A stretch of DNA of 17,180 bases from Ginkgo biloba (GCA_024626585.2 JANKJI020000002.1:9435948-9453127), one strand, 5' to 3'. Numbered from the stretch's first letter, positions 1 through 10,967 are shown. Translations and numbers: made by a program. The notes: a model not told the origin generated them from the sequence alone.

Positions 1-1200
1 ATTCCTATGGGAGATTACTCTCTTCTATCAAAATATTTTGACACCTACTACCATGGATGTAAGGAATAGGGATAGACATATCACTTTTTTTATTTTACAG
101 ATGATAGTTCTGATTATTAGTGTCACATTAAGTAGGATATACGATAAAGGATTAATAGACACTAAGTTTCACCTCAGTAATGGCCCTAAGATCACTTGAT
201 TACATCATTAGACAAAAGGAGGATGCTCCCTAAATATAATTCCCCTATTGAGATGTAAGACCCACTCCACATATATAACATCATATCATTATTGAATATA
301 TAGATCCCAAAATTATTTCTTAGCAACCATTGTGCCCTCGGCCTTATATGTTAGCATAGATGGGATTGGATCATCATTTTCCCCTAAATCTATGACATAG
401 TCATTAAGTGTTATGTCTTGTGGATGATACATGGGATCAAATTGACACCCTAACTTATGGAATTTATATATCCATATTCCCTTCTGGGAGTTACTCGATC
501 ATTAATCCCTTCATTATTTTATATTATACATTACCTCCCTTTAGGATTTTCATGCATCTTAATGTTGAGTGAAAGGTTGGTTATTTTCCTTGCACACTTT
601 TGTATACTTTTTTCTATTTATTTATATGACATATTTTGATACCTATACCTATAACTATTTTGTATAGGCTTTGGGATAGATATAGGTCTAGCATTAGGCT
701 TAGATATAGGCTTGCCACTTTGGCACCCACACTGATTATCTCACATGATGTACTACTTATAGTCCCATTGACCACTTTGGATCACCAACGGACAATAACA
801 CTATTTCTTTCTTTCTTAACAAAGAATTCAATGAACTTCCTTTTAGTTGAGACCATTTAGTTGTCTCATTCTTTCTTTCCAGGTACACATACTAGTTGTA
901 TGGTATTTTATAAAGTGATGCTTCTAGGGCATGAGCCCTAATACATGCTCTTCTGTCATCATCTAGCAAGTAATACTTTTGCCACATTCTTTCTAATCTT
1001 ATGAGAAACATTCTTGCAAAGTCTCTTCCATCATACTGCAATCCCATGGACCTAGCTTTGTCTCTTCTAAGAAGATTGTTTCAATCTCCTTTCATTCATG
1101 TCTTTTATATCCAAAATAACTTGCATACCATCATGAAGCTTGCCTTCCTAAGGTCATCTCAAACATAGCTAACTTATTTTCTAACTCAAGTTTTTTTGAG
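1..1200 (-). mobile_element. Highly degenerate Ty3/gypsy gag(-protease) remnant
   Basis: The minus strand near 820-865 reads TKWSQLK/RKFIEFF (gag W..LK..F...F pattern, frameshifted). Near 10-85 it reads PIPYIHGSRCQNILIE, which resembles the approach to a protease active site. Many stops. Confidence 0.4.
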
Positions 1201-1243
1201 CCAGCTTTGAACCAACTAAGGTGTTTCCTTGGATCTGTCTTGC

Positions 1244-2122
1244 TGTTACAACCTAGAAAAGTTGGGTTATAAAGACCTCGTTAACTGGATCGAAGCCAAA
1301 GGTTTCTCCAGAAGCAAGAACATGTATTTTACAGTTCTTATTGAGCACTCCAGTAGGGGTCATTTTAAGAAAGAAGGGTAATAAGAGATTACCTAGGGAT
1401 TTGTGCCAGTTAAGGGCTCCTACTTCTAAAGGTTAATTTTAACTACTGAGATAAACCCTAAGGGCACCTTGAAGTATCCAAAAGCTTCAAGGGTAAGTTA
1501 GGCTCTTAAGTGGAACTTGGTGCCTCTCCTACAGTATTTATATGGGTGATCAGGTTGTTTTAAGGAAAAATTGGCATCATCATTTTTGATATGTGACGAA
1601 GGCGACCTATTTATAGAGTACTTTTTGTTGAGTGGTAGTTGATGGGAGACCCTATTGGAAGTCACCACTGTAGGACATTATTTACTTTCTACATACTAGA
1701 GGAAGTGTGAATTGCATTTGAACACTTTTCTACAACTTTTCATCAAACAAAATCATCACATAGTGATTGTAGAGGGAGGGTGACTCAGTTGAAGGTGTTT
1801 TAAGGATTTTTACTGCATTTTGAGGCTCAACAACCTCTCTAAACGAAGTTGAATATTTCTAGAATACTAACAACTGGTTTCTGCACCTTAAGAGTGCCCA
1901 ATTTTGCACAAAACGTGAGTCGCTGCATTTTTGAGACCTCTAGAAGGACGTTTTACAACAATAACACATTTTAAAAATATTGTAGCATCATTCTCCAAGT
2001 GAGTTTGGCCACAAGTATGTATTATGTGCACAACCTTATTGATTTTGGAATTTTCAAAATTCTGCTGCATTTATTTATTTATGTCAATTTATGCAAAAAG
2101 TTCTCTTTTCTGTTTTGAATGG
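1244..2122 (-). mobile_element. Probable LTR upstream of the gag remnant (far end lost in N-gap)
   Basis: The minus strand ends ...GGTTGTAACA at 1244 and has a TATA box CTATAAATAG at 1607-1616. The region is non-coding and contains the TCTACAACTTT motif common in plant repeats. No PBS or second LTR was seen. Confidence 0.35.
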
Positions 2123-2328
2123 NNNNNNNNNNNNNNNNNNNNNNNNNNNNNNNNNNNNNNNNNNNNNNNNNNNNNNNNNNNNNNNNNNNNNNNNNNNNNN
2201 NNNNNNNNNNNNNNNNNNNNNNCTTACTTATATATGTTATTCATTGTTATTGTTTCTAGGGAGGCGGGCTTTTTCCACTTGCCTTGCCAATGTTTCATAA
2301 ATTTCTTCATCTTGCTCTTTTGCAACTA

Positions 2329-2404
2329 TTATGCAACTGTCAAGAGATTGCATTTCGTTCTCCCATCCCATTTTATGCAATTGTCAAGAGATTGCATTTC
2401 GTTC
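2329..2404. repeat. 32-bp direct repeat, two copies, 44-bp period
   Basis: TTATGCAA(C/T)TGTCAAGAGATTGCATTTCGTTC at 2329-2360 and 2373-2404, one mismatch. Confidence 0.95.
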
Positions 2405-2639
2405 ATAACAAGGTCATCAAAGTTAGCAATTTTTGACGTAATGCTTCCAAAGCATAAGACTCCATAATCATTAGGTCCATACCTTTCTTTTACTGCACAA
2501 TTGTACAAATTCTCCACATCTTGCTCAATCTCCATAGGCTCTACTTCAAATTCTTCCTTTGAAAGATTTCTCCTCCTTAATTATTTCTAGAGTATCCTTG
2601 TCCATGTCTAGTGGGACATAAAGTCATGTCTTTCCTTGG

Positions 2640-3011
2640 TTGAAATTCATTTCATCCTTTTCCAAACTAATTGATCCTTTTATAGATTTTTTCCAAAAGA
2701 GACTTTCTATGTGTTTCCCTTCATAGGCAATGATATGACATCAATGTCTTCATGAACCTCTAGACTTCTATAAGATATTGGAACTTTGAGCAACTTACCT
2801 TTTAAGGGTCACTCGATGTTGATCCACCATCCTTACTATGATTTTAGAACATACCATTTGAGGGCATCCCATCTCTCTCCACGTTTCTAGTGACATTATG
2901 TTCACCTGAGATCCAAAGTCTATCACGACATCCTTTATTTTGATTCCTTGGACCTTCAGTGAAGGTTCCATGTCCTTGTGCTTCACTTCTTCATCCAAAT
3001 TTAATTTTAGT
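2640..3011 (-). pseudogene. Ty3/gypsy aspartic protease (retropepsin) remnant
   Basis: Translates PSLKVQGIKIKDVVIDFGSQVNIMSLETWREMGCP...VRMVDQ. DFGS at 2909-2920 is one C>T change away from DSGS. Frameshift and stops follow downstream. Confidence 0.8.
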
Positions 3012-4143
3012 TGTTTATTACTCAACAACTTGCAGTAAAATACCCATCCAATAACCAACAACAAGCTGGAGAGACTAGATCGCAATGTTGTTTCTCTCAA
3101 CAATAGCGTTGCATCCCATTGTCTTCAAAGATGGTCGTTGGCAAATAGACGATAGAACATATTCATGCAGAAACAAACATAGATACCAAGGAGAAAACGT
3201 TGATTATATTAATAATGAATAACATAGAACAATTCAGAATACATGGTTGAATACATAATACGATCAAAAGATGATGATATATCTCTTTATATATCCTACA
3301 GCCATAAAGGCTTTACATTTATAGGTTCTAGGTTTGACTCTTTAGATCTCTTTGACAAGAATCGCTTCCTTTCATGCTAACTAATGATAGTTACAGTTTG
3401 ATTAGTAATCGCTTTTTAGGGATTATACAATAATTGCTTGTTTTTGCTACATTTGTACATATGATTTGCTAGAATCATNNNNNNNNNNNNNNNNNNNNNN
3501 NNNNNNNNNNNNNNNNNNNNNNNNNNNNNNNNNNNNNNNNNNNNNNNNNNNNNNNNNNNNNNNNNNNAAACGAACACTATCTTCTGCTGCAAATGGTAAC
3601 TGCCATTGTGAACGAGCAAACGAACACTGCCTTTTGTTGCAAACAACTAAAATTATCTACTACAAATGGTTACGATCGTTGCGAACGATTACTTGCCAAA
3701 ATTTCCATCTAACATCTTGTCGGACACAACATTTGAATGTCCTCGTTCCACAAAATTTTCAAACTTTGCCTTTCCCCTACCCCCTTGNNNNNNNNNNNNN
3801 NNNNNNNNNNNNNNNNNNNNNNNNNNNNNNNNNNNNNNNNNNNNNNNNNNNNNNNNNNNNNNNNNNNNNNNNNNNNNNNNNNNNNNNCTAGGAACGGTAA
3901 CTGTCATTGTGAACAAGCAAACGAACACTATCTTTTGCTGCGAACAACTAAGATTTTATGCTGCAAATGGTTACTGTTGTTGCAAACGATTACTTACCCA
4001 AATCTCGAGCTAACATCGCAAAGTTTCAATAATTCTGCCAAGCTTCTTCAAAGATGTCTATTCCTTTGCCATGCTAGCATCATCTTAGTTACAATTGCTA
4101 ATGATTATGCTGTTGGGCTTGCTTTTCTTCCTTCTCCATCACA
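3012..4143 (-). mobile_element. LTR-like insertion lying between gag and protease remnants
   Basis: TGT...ACA termini coincide with abrupt switches from coding-like DNA. Minus-strand TATATAAA near 3286-3293 and internal tandem repeats. The flanks (TTAGT / ATGCA) are not a TSD, and two N-gaps lie inside. Confidence 0.45.
3568..4017. repeat. Diverged 124-bp direct repeat built from ~20-bp subunits
   Basis: 3593-3716 and 3894-4017 align without gaps with about 21 mismatches (counted by eye). A partial further unit lies at 3568-3592, and GC(A/G)AA(C/T) recurs throughout. Confidence 0.85.
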
Positions 4144-4149
4144 ATGCAC

Positions 4150-4927
4150 TTTTTTGTTGCTTCTTGAATAGATTCTTTAATCTTTAATGGTTTGGGAGTC
4201 CAAACCTTTTCTTTCTCTTGTGATCTTGTGATCTTTCTCGAGCTTGCTTGTAAACTTCATTCTAAACATTTGGTTCAGGATATTCTTCTGATTTAACTTT
4301 TCCTTTTTCTTTTGTTGTATACCTCCTCAACATAGGTTCAACAGATAATTAGCCTCTTTCTTGGAAGCCTTAGGGATGAACTCCTGCTGTTAGATTCACC
4401 TCCTTATCTTGGCTAAGCATGGGGTTTGGCTTTGCTCTCNNNNNNNNNNNNNNNNNNNNNNNNNNNNNNNNNNNNNNNNNNNNNNNTAAGCATTTTTTTG
4501 TTCCATGATCTCCAATGCCACACACTTGACAAACTTTGACTTCAAGTATTGAAAATGGGCAATTTCTTAGGGTATGACCCCAACTATTGCACTTATAACA
4601 CTTCATTAATCGAGCATCACCAACTTGTGTTTCTACTTCTCTTCTAGTTTAATAAACCTTGGAAGAACTTCCTTCTTCCTAGCTATTCCTAAAGCTCACA
4701 CTTGAGCTTCTTGATCTGTCCTTGTCTTGGTTCTATGACCTTTGCCTGTTCTTATGATTGCTTTTGCAATCTTCCTGGCTATGTTTCTAAGTCTTATGAG
4801 TGAAGCAATAAATTTTAGGAGTTTTCTTCTTAAAAGCCCTGTCATCTTTCCTTGTTCATGATGAACTTTCTTCTTGGTGGTATACTTTCCTTGCAATGGA
4901 CATTCATTTGCAAGATGGTATGCATCA
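4150..4927 (-). mobile_element. Ty3/gypsy gag C-terminus with two CCHC zinc knuckles
   Basis: CYKCNSWGHTLRNC (4600-4559) and CQVCGIGDHGTKKC (to 4490) are both CX2CX4HX4C. The surrounding frame is broken. Confidence 0.85.
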
Positions 4928-5027
4928 NNNNNNNNNNNNNNNNNNNNNNNNNNNNNNNNNNNNNNNNNNNNNNNNNNNNNNNNNNNNNNNNNNNNNNNNN
5001 NNNNNNNNNNNNNNNNNNNNNNNNNNN

Positions 5028-6104
5028 ATTAGGGATACTTTTCATAGGGCAATGGATTTTTTATTTAATGAGATAATTGGAAAGTGTATAGCCATTTATT
5101 TGGATGATATCAATATATTTTCCAAAGCGAGAGTGGATTACATTGAACATATCAAAATAATTTTTAAGATATGAAGTAGTTTCAACATTTATCTTAATAC
5201 TAAGAAGTCAATATTAGGGTTAACCTAAGGGAAATTGTTGGGGAATATTGTCACCAAGGAAGGTGTGAGAATAGACCCTGAAAGGGTTAAATAAATTCAG
5301 TGTATATCATTTCCATCAAAAAAGAAGGTTGTCTAGTATTTTCTTGGGAAGATTAATTTTTTGATGAGATTTATACATGATTTTGCCAACATTGTCCAAC
5401 TAATCAATCATATTTTGAATAAATATGTAGAGTTTGAATGGACTAAAGAAGTTAAAGAAAATTAAAAAAAAAAAAAAAAGCTCTCACAGTAACCCTAGTG
5501 CTTGTAGCACTTGATTTTGAAAAAGAATTCATTATTTACTTGCATTCTTTATGGAAAGCAGTATCTACAACCCTTTTAAAAAAGGATGAGAATTTCTATG
5601 AGGTACCTATGTATTTTATGACCAAGGTATTAAATGATTATGAGTTGAGGTACTTAGATGTTGAAAGGCAAGCCCATTCTTTAGTCAAGGTTATGAAGGG
5701 TTTAGACCATATATACAAATGAATCATATTGTGGTTTATGTATCATTAATACCTATGATGTTGATGTTGAACCAATAATATTTGAGTGGAAAATGGGCCA
5801 ACTAGGTTAGAAATATCCAAGAATATAATCTAGATGTTTAGCTAACCAAAATTGTTAGAGGCCAAGGTTTGTGAAAATTAGCAGTTGATTCTCTCACAGA
5901 GGTATCCCTAAATGAAGAAGATGAAAATGAAATAAATGATGAGATTAACATAGTCCCATTAGATCCAAAGTTGAGATACCAAGTAATCCCATTCCTTTTA
6001 CAAAATGGGGTATGTCCCAAGGGTTTGACAAGAAATAAAAAGAGGACCCTAAAATTGAAATCCACCAATTTTATTCTCATTGATGGAATGCTTTTTAGAT
6101 GAAG
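5028..6104 (+). mobile_element. Ty3/gypsy pol pseudogene: reverse transcriptase and RNase H
   Basis: TFHRAMDFLF...IYLDDINIFS (YLDD at 5097-5108), GKLLGNIVTKEGVRIDPERVK, FLGKINF..RFI, DFEKEFIIY, ELRYLDVERQAHSLVK, IQEY...TKIVRGQGL, GVCPKGLTRNKKRTLKLK. Multiple stops, an A16 run at 5464-5479 and frameshifts. Confidence 0.95.
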
Positions 6105-6392
6105 TGTTGGAGAGAGTTTTTCCAACTTGAGATGAACAAATCATAGATAACAATAAATACATAGAAAGAAACAAGAATACATGATATTTAATTAATATGG
6201 AGGTAGTTTTGAGAGTTGAAACTACCCCAAGCATTACATCCCTTCATATTCTCTCTCTCTCTCTCTCTCAAATCAACACATAGATGTATATATAGGAGAT
6301 GGTAGTCATTGAGTAGTCCAACTACCAACTTCCAACCCACTTATTCATTGGTACGAAGTGACATTAGTTATATTCTAATACATCATCCAACA
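6105..6392 (-). mobile_element. Short (288 bp) 3' LTR
   Basis: Perfect 7-bp terminal inverted repeat TGTTGGA...TCCAACA, TATATATA at 6287-6294, and a polypurine tract immediately preceding it on the minus strand. Confidence 0.8.
6250..6269. repeat. (TC)10 microsatellite inside the LTR
   Basis: Directly visible. It reads (GA)10 on the element's sense strand, just downstream of the TATA box. Confidence 0.95.
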
Positions 6393-6404
6393 CTCCCCCA
6401 TACC
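6393..6404 (-). promoter_or_regulatory. Polypurine tract (PPT)
   Basis: Minus strand GGTATGGGGGAG directly abuts the TG of the LTR. Confidence 0.7.
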
Positions 6405-6660
6405 TAAACATTTGTCTCATCTCGAAATAAGCAAGTGAAAAAGAATAGTTTAGATCCTTGCCTTCATCTTCTTTCAGAATGCCTGGGTAACCAGCTTCAA
6501 TATTTTCCTTTGCTGAAGTCAAGAGTATCCTTATGGTGTTGAAGCCATCTACCAGTCTTCCTAGGTTACCGTCTACAATAGCTATCAGTCTTGTAGGTTG
6601 CCACACTGGATATATGATTTGATGTGAAGATTCCATCCACCTTCAAGTCAATTACAATAT
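6405..6660 (-). pseudogene. Probable degenerate integrase C-terminal (GPY/F-region) tail
   Basis: RWMESSHQIIYP...TRLIAIVDGNLGRLVDGF resembles the RW.GPY...RL.....G..VNG.RLK pattern. Its position just before the PPT and LTR fits. Confidence 0.45.
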
Positions 6661-6699
6661 TAAGGGAATATAAACATTCTCATCAATTTATCTCTACTC

Positions 6700-7700
6700 A
6701 CACTAGCTTGATTGATTTAACTTTTTCCAATAGCACTGAGCATTCTTTTGTTTCATGGTCTCTAATACCATAAACTCTATAAACCATGACTCTAGGGATT
6801 GAAAATGGGTTATTACTTTATGTTTGACCCCAACCATTGTACTTATAACCCTTTATGATTTGAACATCACCAATGTTTCCCTTTACTTTGGTTCTAGTCT
6901 AAAAAAGTTTGGAAGAACTTCCTTCTTCTTAGATATTCTTGGAGATAGAACTTGAGCTCCTTAATTTTCCATTGTCTTTGTTATAAGATATTTTTCTATT
7001 TTTGGGTTTCTTCTATACCCTTCATAAATATGTTCCAAAGTCTTATGGATGAAACCCCTATCACATTTTCTTGTTGATGACGATTCTTCTTCTTTCCATT
7101 ATATATTTCTTTGTCACAACAGACACTTTTTGGCAAGATGTTGTGCATAATAATAGATTTCTTCCCTTGATTTTGGAGTTTGACTTGCAAGCTTTTGAAT
7201 AGATTCTTATAGCTCTTTACTTGTTTCAGCCAATTCATTAATCTTCTCCCGAGCATCAACTCTGGTCCAGCCAGGTCCTACTTCCATCTGCACTTTCTAC
7301 AATGTTTCTTTGCACCTAATACTTGTTATTAGACCATCTACAAACCAGCCCACCTTCTACTCTTCAAGAATTCTATAGGGTAAGATAGTTCTTTAAATCT
7401 TCCATTATAGTCTCTTATGGACTCATTCTTCTTTCATTGTCTGTTATTTAGCTCATTAAAGGCAGTATCAAATGATTCTAGATATGCGTATGCTTCTTTG
7501 TAAATAACCTCTATTAAATTCCAATTTTGTAACCAATTGGTCACATTCAATTTTTTGTATCAGTCCTAAGCTAGCCCTCGAAGAGTATGTTCTCATCTGC
7601 AACGCATCTTGCATCCCCTATGCACTCACATGTGTACAGATGTCTCTTCCCATTACTGCCATAAAAATAGGCAATTTCAATGAAGCATTCATGAATGTAG
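6700..7700 (-). mobile_element. Second Ty3/gypsy gag pseudogene (capsid region and dead zinc knuckles)
   Basis: LKLPIF (~7663-7680), TLRGLA, KKNESIRDYNGRFKEL (~7390-7430) and WFVDGL. Clear nucleotide homology to 4500-4930, for example TTGGAAGAACTTCCTTCTTC at both 4659 and 6909. Confidence 0.85.
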
Positions 7701-8970
7701 TTGTGTATCCTCCTGATCCCTTTATCTGGTTTGTTTGAGTTGAGGAATAACCCAATGAAGACATATTTGAATTATTTGTGGTTGTGTTAAGAGGAGCTCT
7801 ACCAAAATGAAACCAACACTTTGCTTTATATGCTCCAGTTTTGTCATATTGTCCAATCTGTAGCTTCTCTTACTGCTCCTTCGCTTTACTTAGTATTAGG
7901 GCATATGAAGAACAACTTGACAGTCAAGACAAATTAGCAAGATACAAGAACCTTCCTCAAAAGTTAGGTATCTAACAATTCTTGTAGCATTCTCACATTG
8001 ATTCTCCTCTCTGTTTACTTGATTGCATGGTGCGGGTTTGTGTCTTCAACTTCCACAACAACAAGGCATCTTTGCTTTCAACACTCAATACCTTTAAGTC
8101 CTTCACTTATTCTGTGAAGATTCTATCAATCTGGCACAGCTTTCTCTTTTTCCTCTCTTAATTGCAAAATCANNNNNNNNNNNNNNNNNNNNNNNNNNNN
8201 NNNNNNNNNNNNNNNNNNNNNNNNNNNNNNNNNNNNNNNNNNNNNNNNNNNNNNNNNNNNNNNNNNNNNNNNNNNNNNNNNNNNNNNNNNNNNNNNNNNN
8301 NNNNNNNNNNNCTTCTTGACAATCTTCAAGACTTTACGTCTTCCCGCTCTTCTCTTGGGCTCTCTTCATCTTTTCTTGATAGATGCTTTCAATCTTTAAA
8401 TTTTAGCATAAAGATTCACATAATCTTCAAGTCAGTTTATAGACAATCTTCTGATCTTTTACACCATGCAATCCTTTGCATGGATTTACATCGATCTTGT
8501 TGACCTTTAAGCACTTGAAGCTTTTCTTTCTTGATGATGTAATATCTTTCTCATTTTTAAAGCTTTACCACTCTGCCTTCAAAATCTGCTCAAATGCATT
8601 TTAATTGATTGTTCTTAAGCCAATTTTTCCTTTGCACCTACTCTCCACGCAAGTTTTACAATTCTTGACTAAATTTTAAGATACTTCTTGATGTCTTGAC
8701 TGACACTACACTTCGTCAATGTTTGAATCTTTACGATCCTAAATGCTACACTCAATTTAGCAATCTGACTCTTATAGACTCCTAAGAAAGATGCTACACT
8801 CCTTTCTCAGCAATTTTTAGACTTTTCTTAAGCTTTTGAGCAGTATAGGCTTTCTTCTTACATGCTGGACTCTATTTCCACAATCAACAATCATGACTTC
8901 ATGCTTCTTTACTTGCATTTCTTTGCAAGCTAAATTCAGGTTGGAGCGACTTTGGCAACTGACCCTTACG

Positions 8971-9629
8971 TGCTGATTGTTTCACATACAACAAGTGAAT
9001 TTGCCAAAGACTCAGGTACAACCTTTGCATAATACGCACTAGGCATTCATTTACTCAAAACCTGACAAGACTAACACATCAACATAAGCAATTAAGACAA
9101 ATACAACAAGAATTCATACATTCATAGCATTACACAACATTATGATCCAATTGCAACTTTCATTAAAACTTCAATGCAAATGCAAAAGAGACTGCCACTT
9201 TTGCTAAGCAGATACAATAGTCTTCAAATACAAAGTTCTGTTACAACATTTTACCAATATGATCCCAGCTCTAATAAAAAACTAACAATTGGCCAAGCTT
9301 GATTACAACCCTACACGAGTCCAGCACATTCTCAACTCTCGTCAATCTTAATAACATCAATTCTCTAGCAGACACCCGGCTCTGACCAAAAGGTTAAAAC
9401 AACAATTCTCTAGTATAGTCTTGGCTCTCGCCACCTTCGAATAAGGTGAATCATCTATTTATAATTCAAAATGCTTCCTAACTGTCCCGCCTATTCTAAA
9501 TTCCAATAGCTTCTTGAAATTTCTTTTGATTAATCAGCTTTTTACAATGATTCTTATTTGACAAGCCTTTAACAAAATGTCATAAACTTCAACTACATCC
9601 CTTCCATGTTGTGTAGAAATTACACAACA
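8971..9629 (-). mobile_element. Probable LTR (659 bp) upstream of the second gag
   Basis: The minus strand starts TGTTG at 9629 and ends CAGCA at 8971 (one mismatch from a TIR). TATAAATAG near 9455-9463 and degenerate internal repeats (CAATTCTCTAG twice). No clear PBS or TSD. Confidence 0.5.
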
Positions 9630-10967
9630 TTTTGACTCAAGATATATGTATATATTTGTANNNNNNNNNNNNNNNNNNNNNNNNNNNNNNNNNNNNNNNN
9701 NNNNNNNNNNNNNNNNNNNNNNNNNNNNNNNNNNNNNNNNNNNNNNNNNNNNNNNNNNNNTTTACAATTGGGTTATTGTGCATTCATTATCTTGTGAATT
9801 GTGGATTAGAGTTGTGTATTCTTTATATGATTGGTAGCATTGAGTTTATATGTTACATTCCACCCCTCCTCTGCACCCAAATTATATAGGAGCATGCCTG
9901 AAAACAACCTATCCTTACCTACAATCACTGCTTCATGTAGCATCTTTAATACACTCTGCCTCCTTTGGTTGTCTACAACCTCAATGAATTTTCATTTTTA
10001 AACATTCCAAATTTCTGTGAAAACGTAGCATGTTGCTAACTCCTTGGCTCCACTCTAGACTCCTAACCATGACTGAATCATGAAATCTTAATGTTACAAC
10101 CACAGCTTACTTTATACTTCAAAACCCAGCTTACTTATTTACTAAAAACAAGAATAGCATATAAAACGATAATACAAGTAAAAGCCTAATCCTACAATTG
10201 GCTACATGTAGAATTCACAAGTTACACGTCTAAGAAAAGGACCTTGAACTCCCACACAGGCCCTAGATCTTGTCATCTAATTTGGGATACCCTATGGTTC
10301 AATACTCCTACATCAAACTTACTGTGCCTGTTTCTGGTAGCGCAGAGATCAAATCATCCCATTTCTCTTGTACAACATGTTGTTTGGTCCAGTACAAATC
10401 TATTGAAGGGGCATACCCAAAGAAACCACACCAAGGAACAGAAATCCGGGCCATCCTTTGTTAACTACATTCTAAAATGGCTAGATCATTTATCTCACTA
10501 TAGATTGATAGAATAAAAGCAGTAATAACTTACGGGATTTCATTTGGGTCAAATTAATCAAACTGAGATTTCTTCTTCTTCATGGTTACTATAAAGTAAT
10601 AAGAATCAATGATAGGCTCAATATGTATGGCCATAGATTGCGCCTTGAGCTATTTGGCCTCTGAGGACAATTATAGATATCTTGGCAAATATAGACCACA
10701 GACTACAGAATTCAATTTGTTAGGGACCACTCCTTGATCATACTGTCATTGTACAATGCTCAAAGAACTTGGCAAACTTCGAACAGGAAAGCAACCAAGG
10801 CAGATCATTTTGTAAATTGCATAGAGACGTTGACCACTTACATTCATTCAAAAACTCTGCCAAGAAAGTTCCTTTTATTTCCATCTGGTGAAGTGTCAGC
10901 TGTACAAGAAAACAGCATAAGTCTACTTTAACCCAAAAATGCCTAAAAGGAAAGTGGAAAAAAGAAC

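Noticed and set aside
2329-4017. Short direct repeats as a CRISPR array
   Set aside because: Only two copies each, no regular unique spacers, no cas genes, and a eukaryotic intron/TE context.
5464-5479. A16 run as a retroposed poly(A) tail or programmed frameshift site
   Set aside because: It lies in a Lys-rich part of a dead pol with no TSD. Slippage expansion is the simpler explanation.
4150-6104. Gag and RT as parts of a single element
   Set aside because: They lie on opposite strands and are separated by a 100-N scaffold gap.
6105-9629. One intact LTR retrotransposon bounded by the two LTRs
   Set aside because: The LTRs differ in length and sequence, and the flanks (TGAAG vs TTTTG) are not a TSD.
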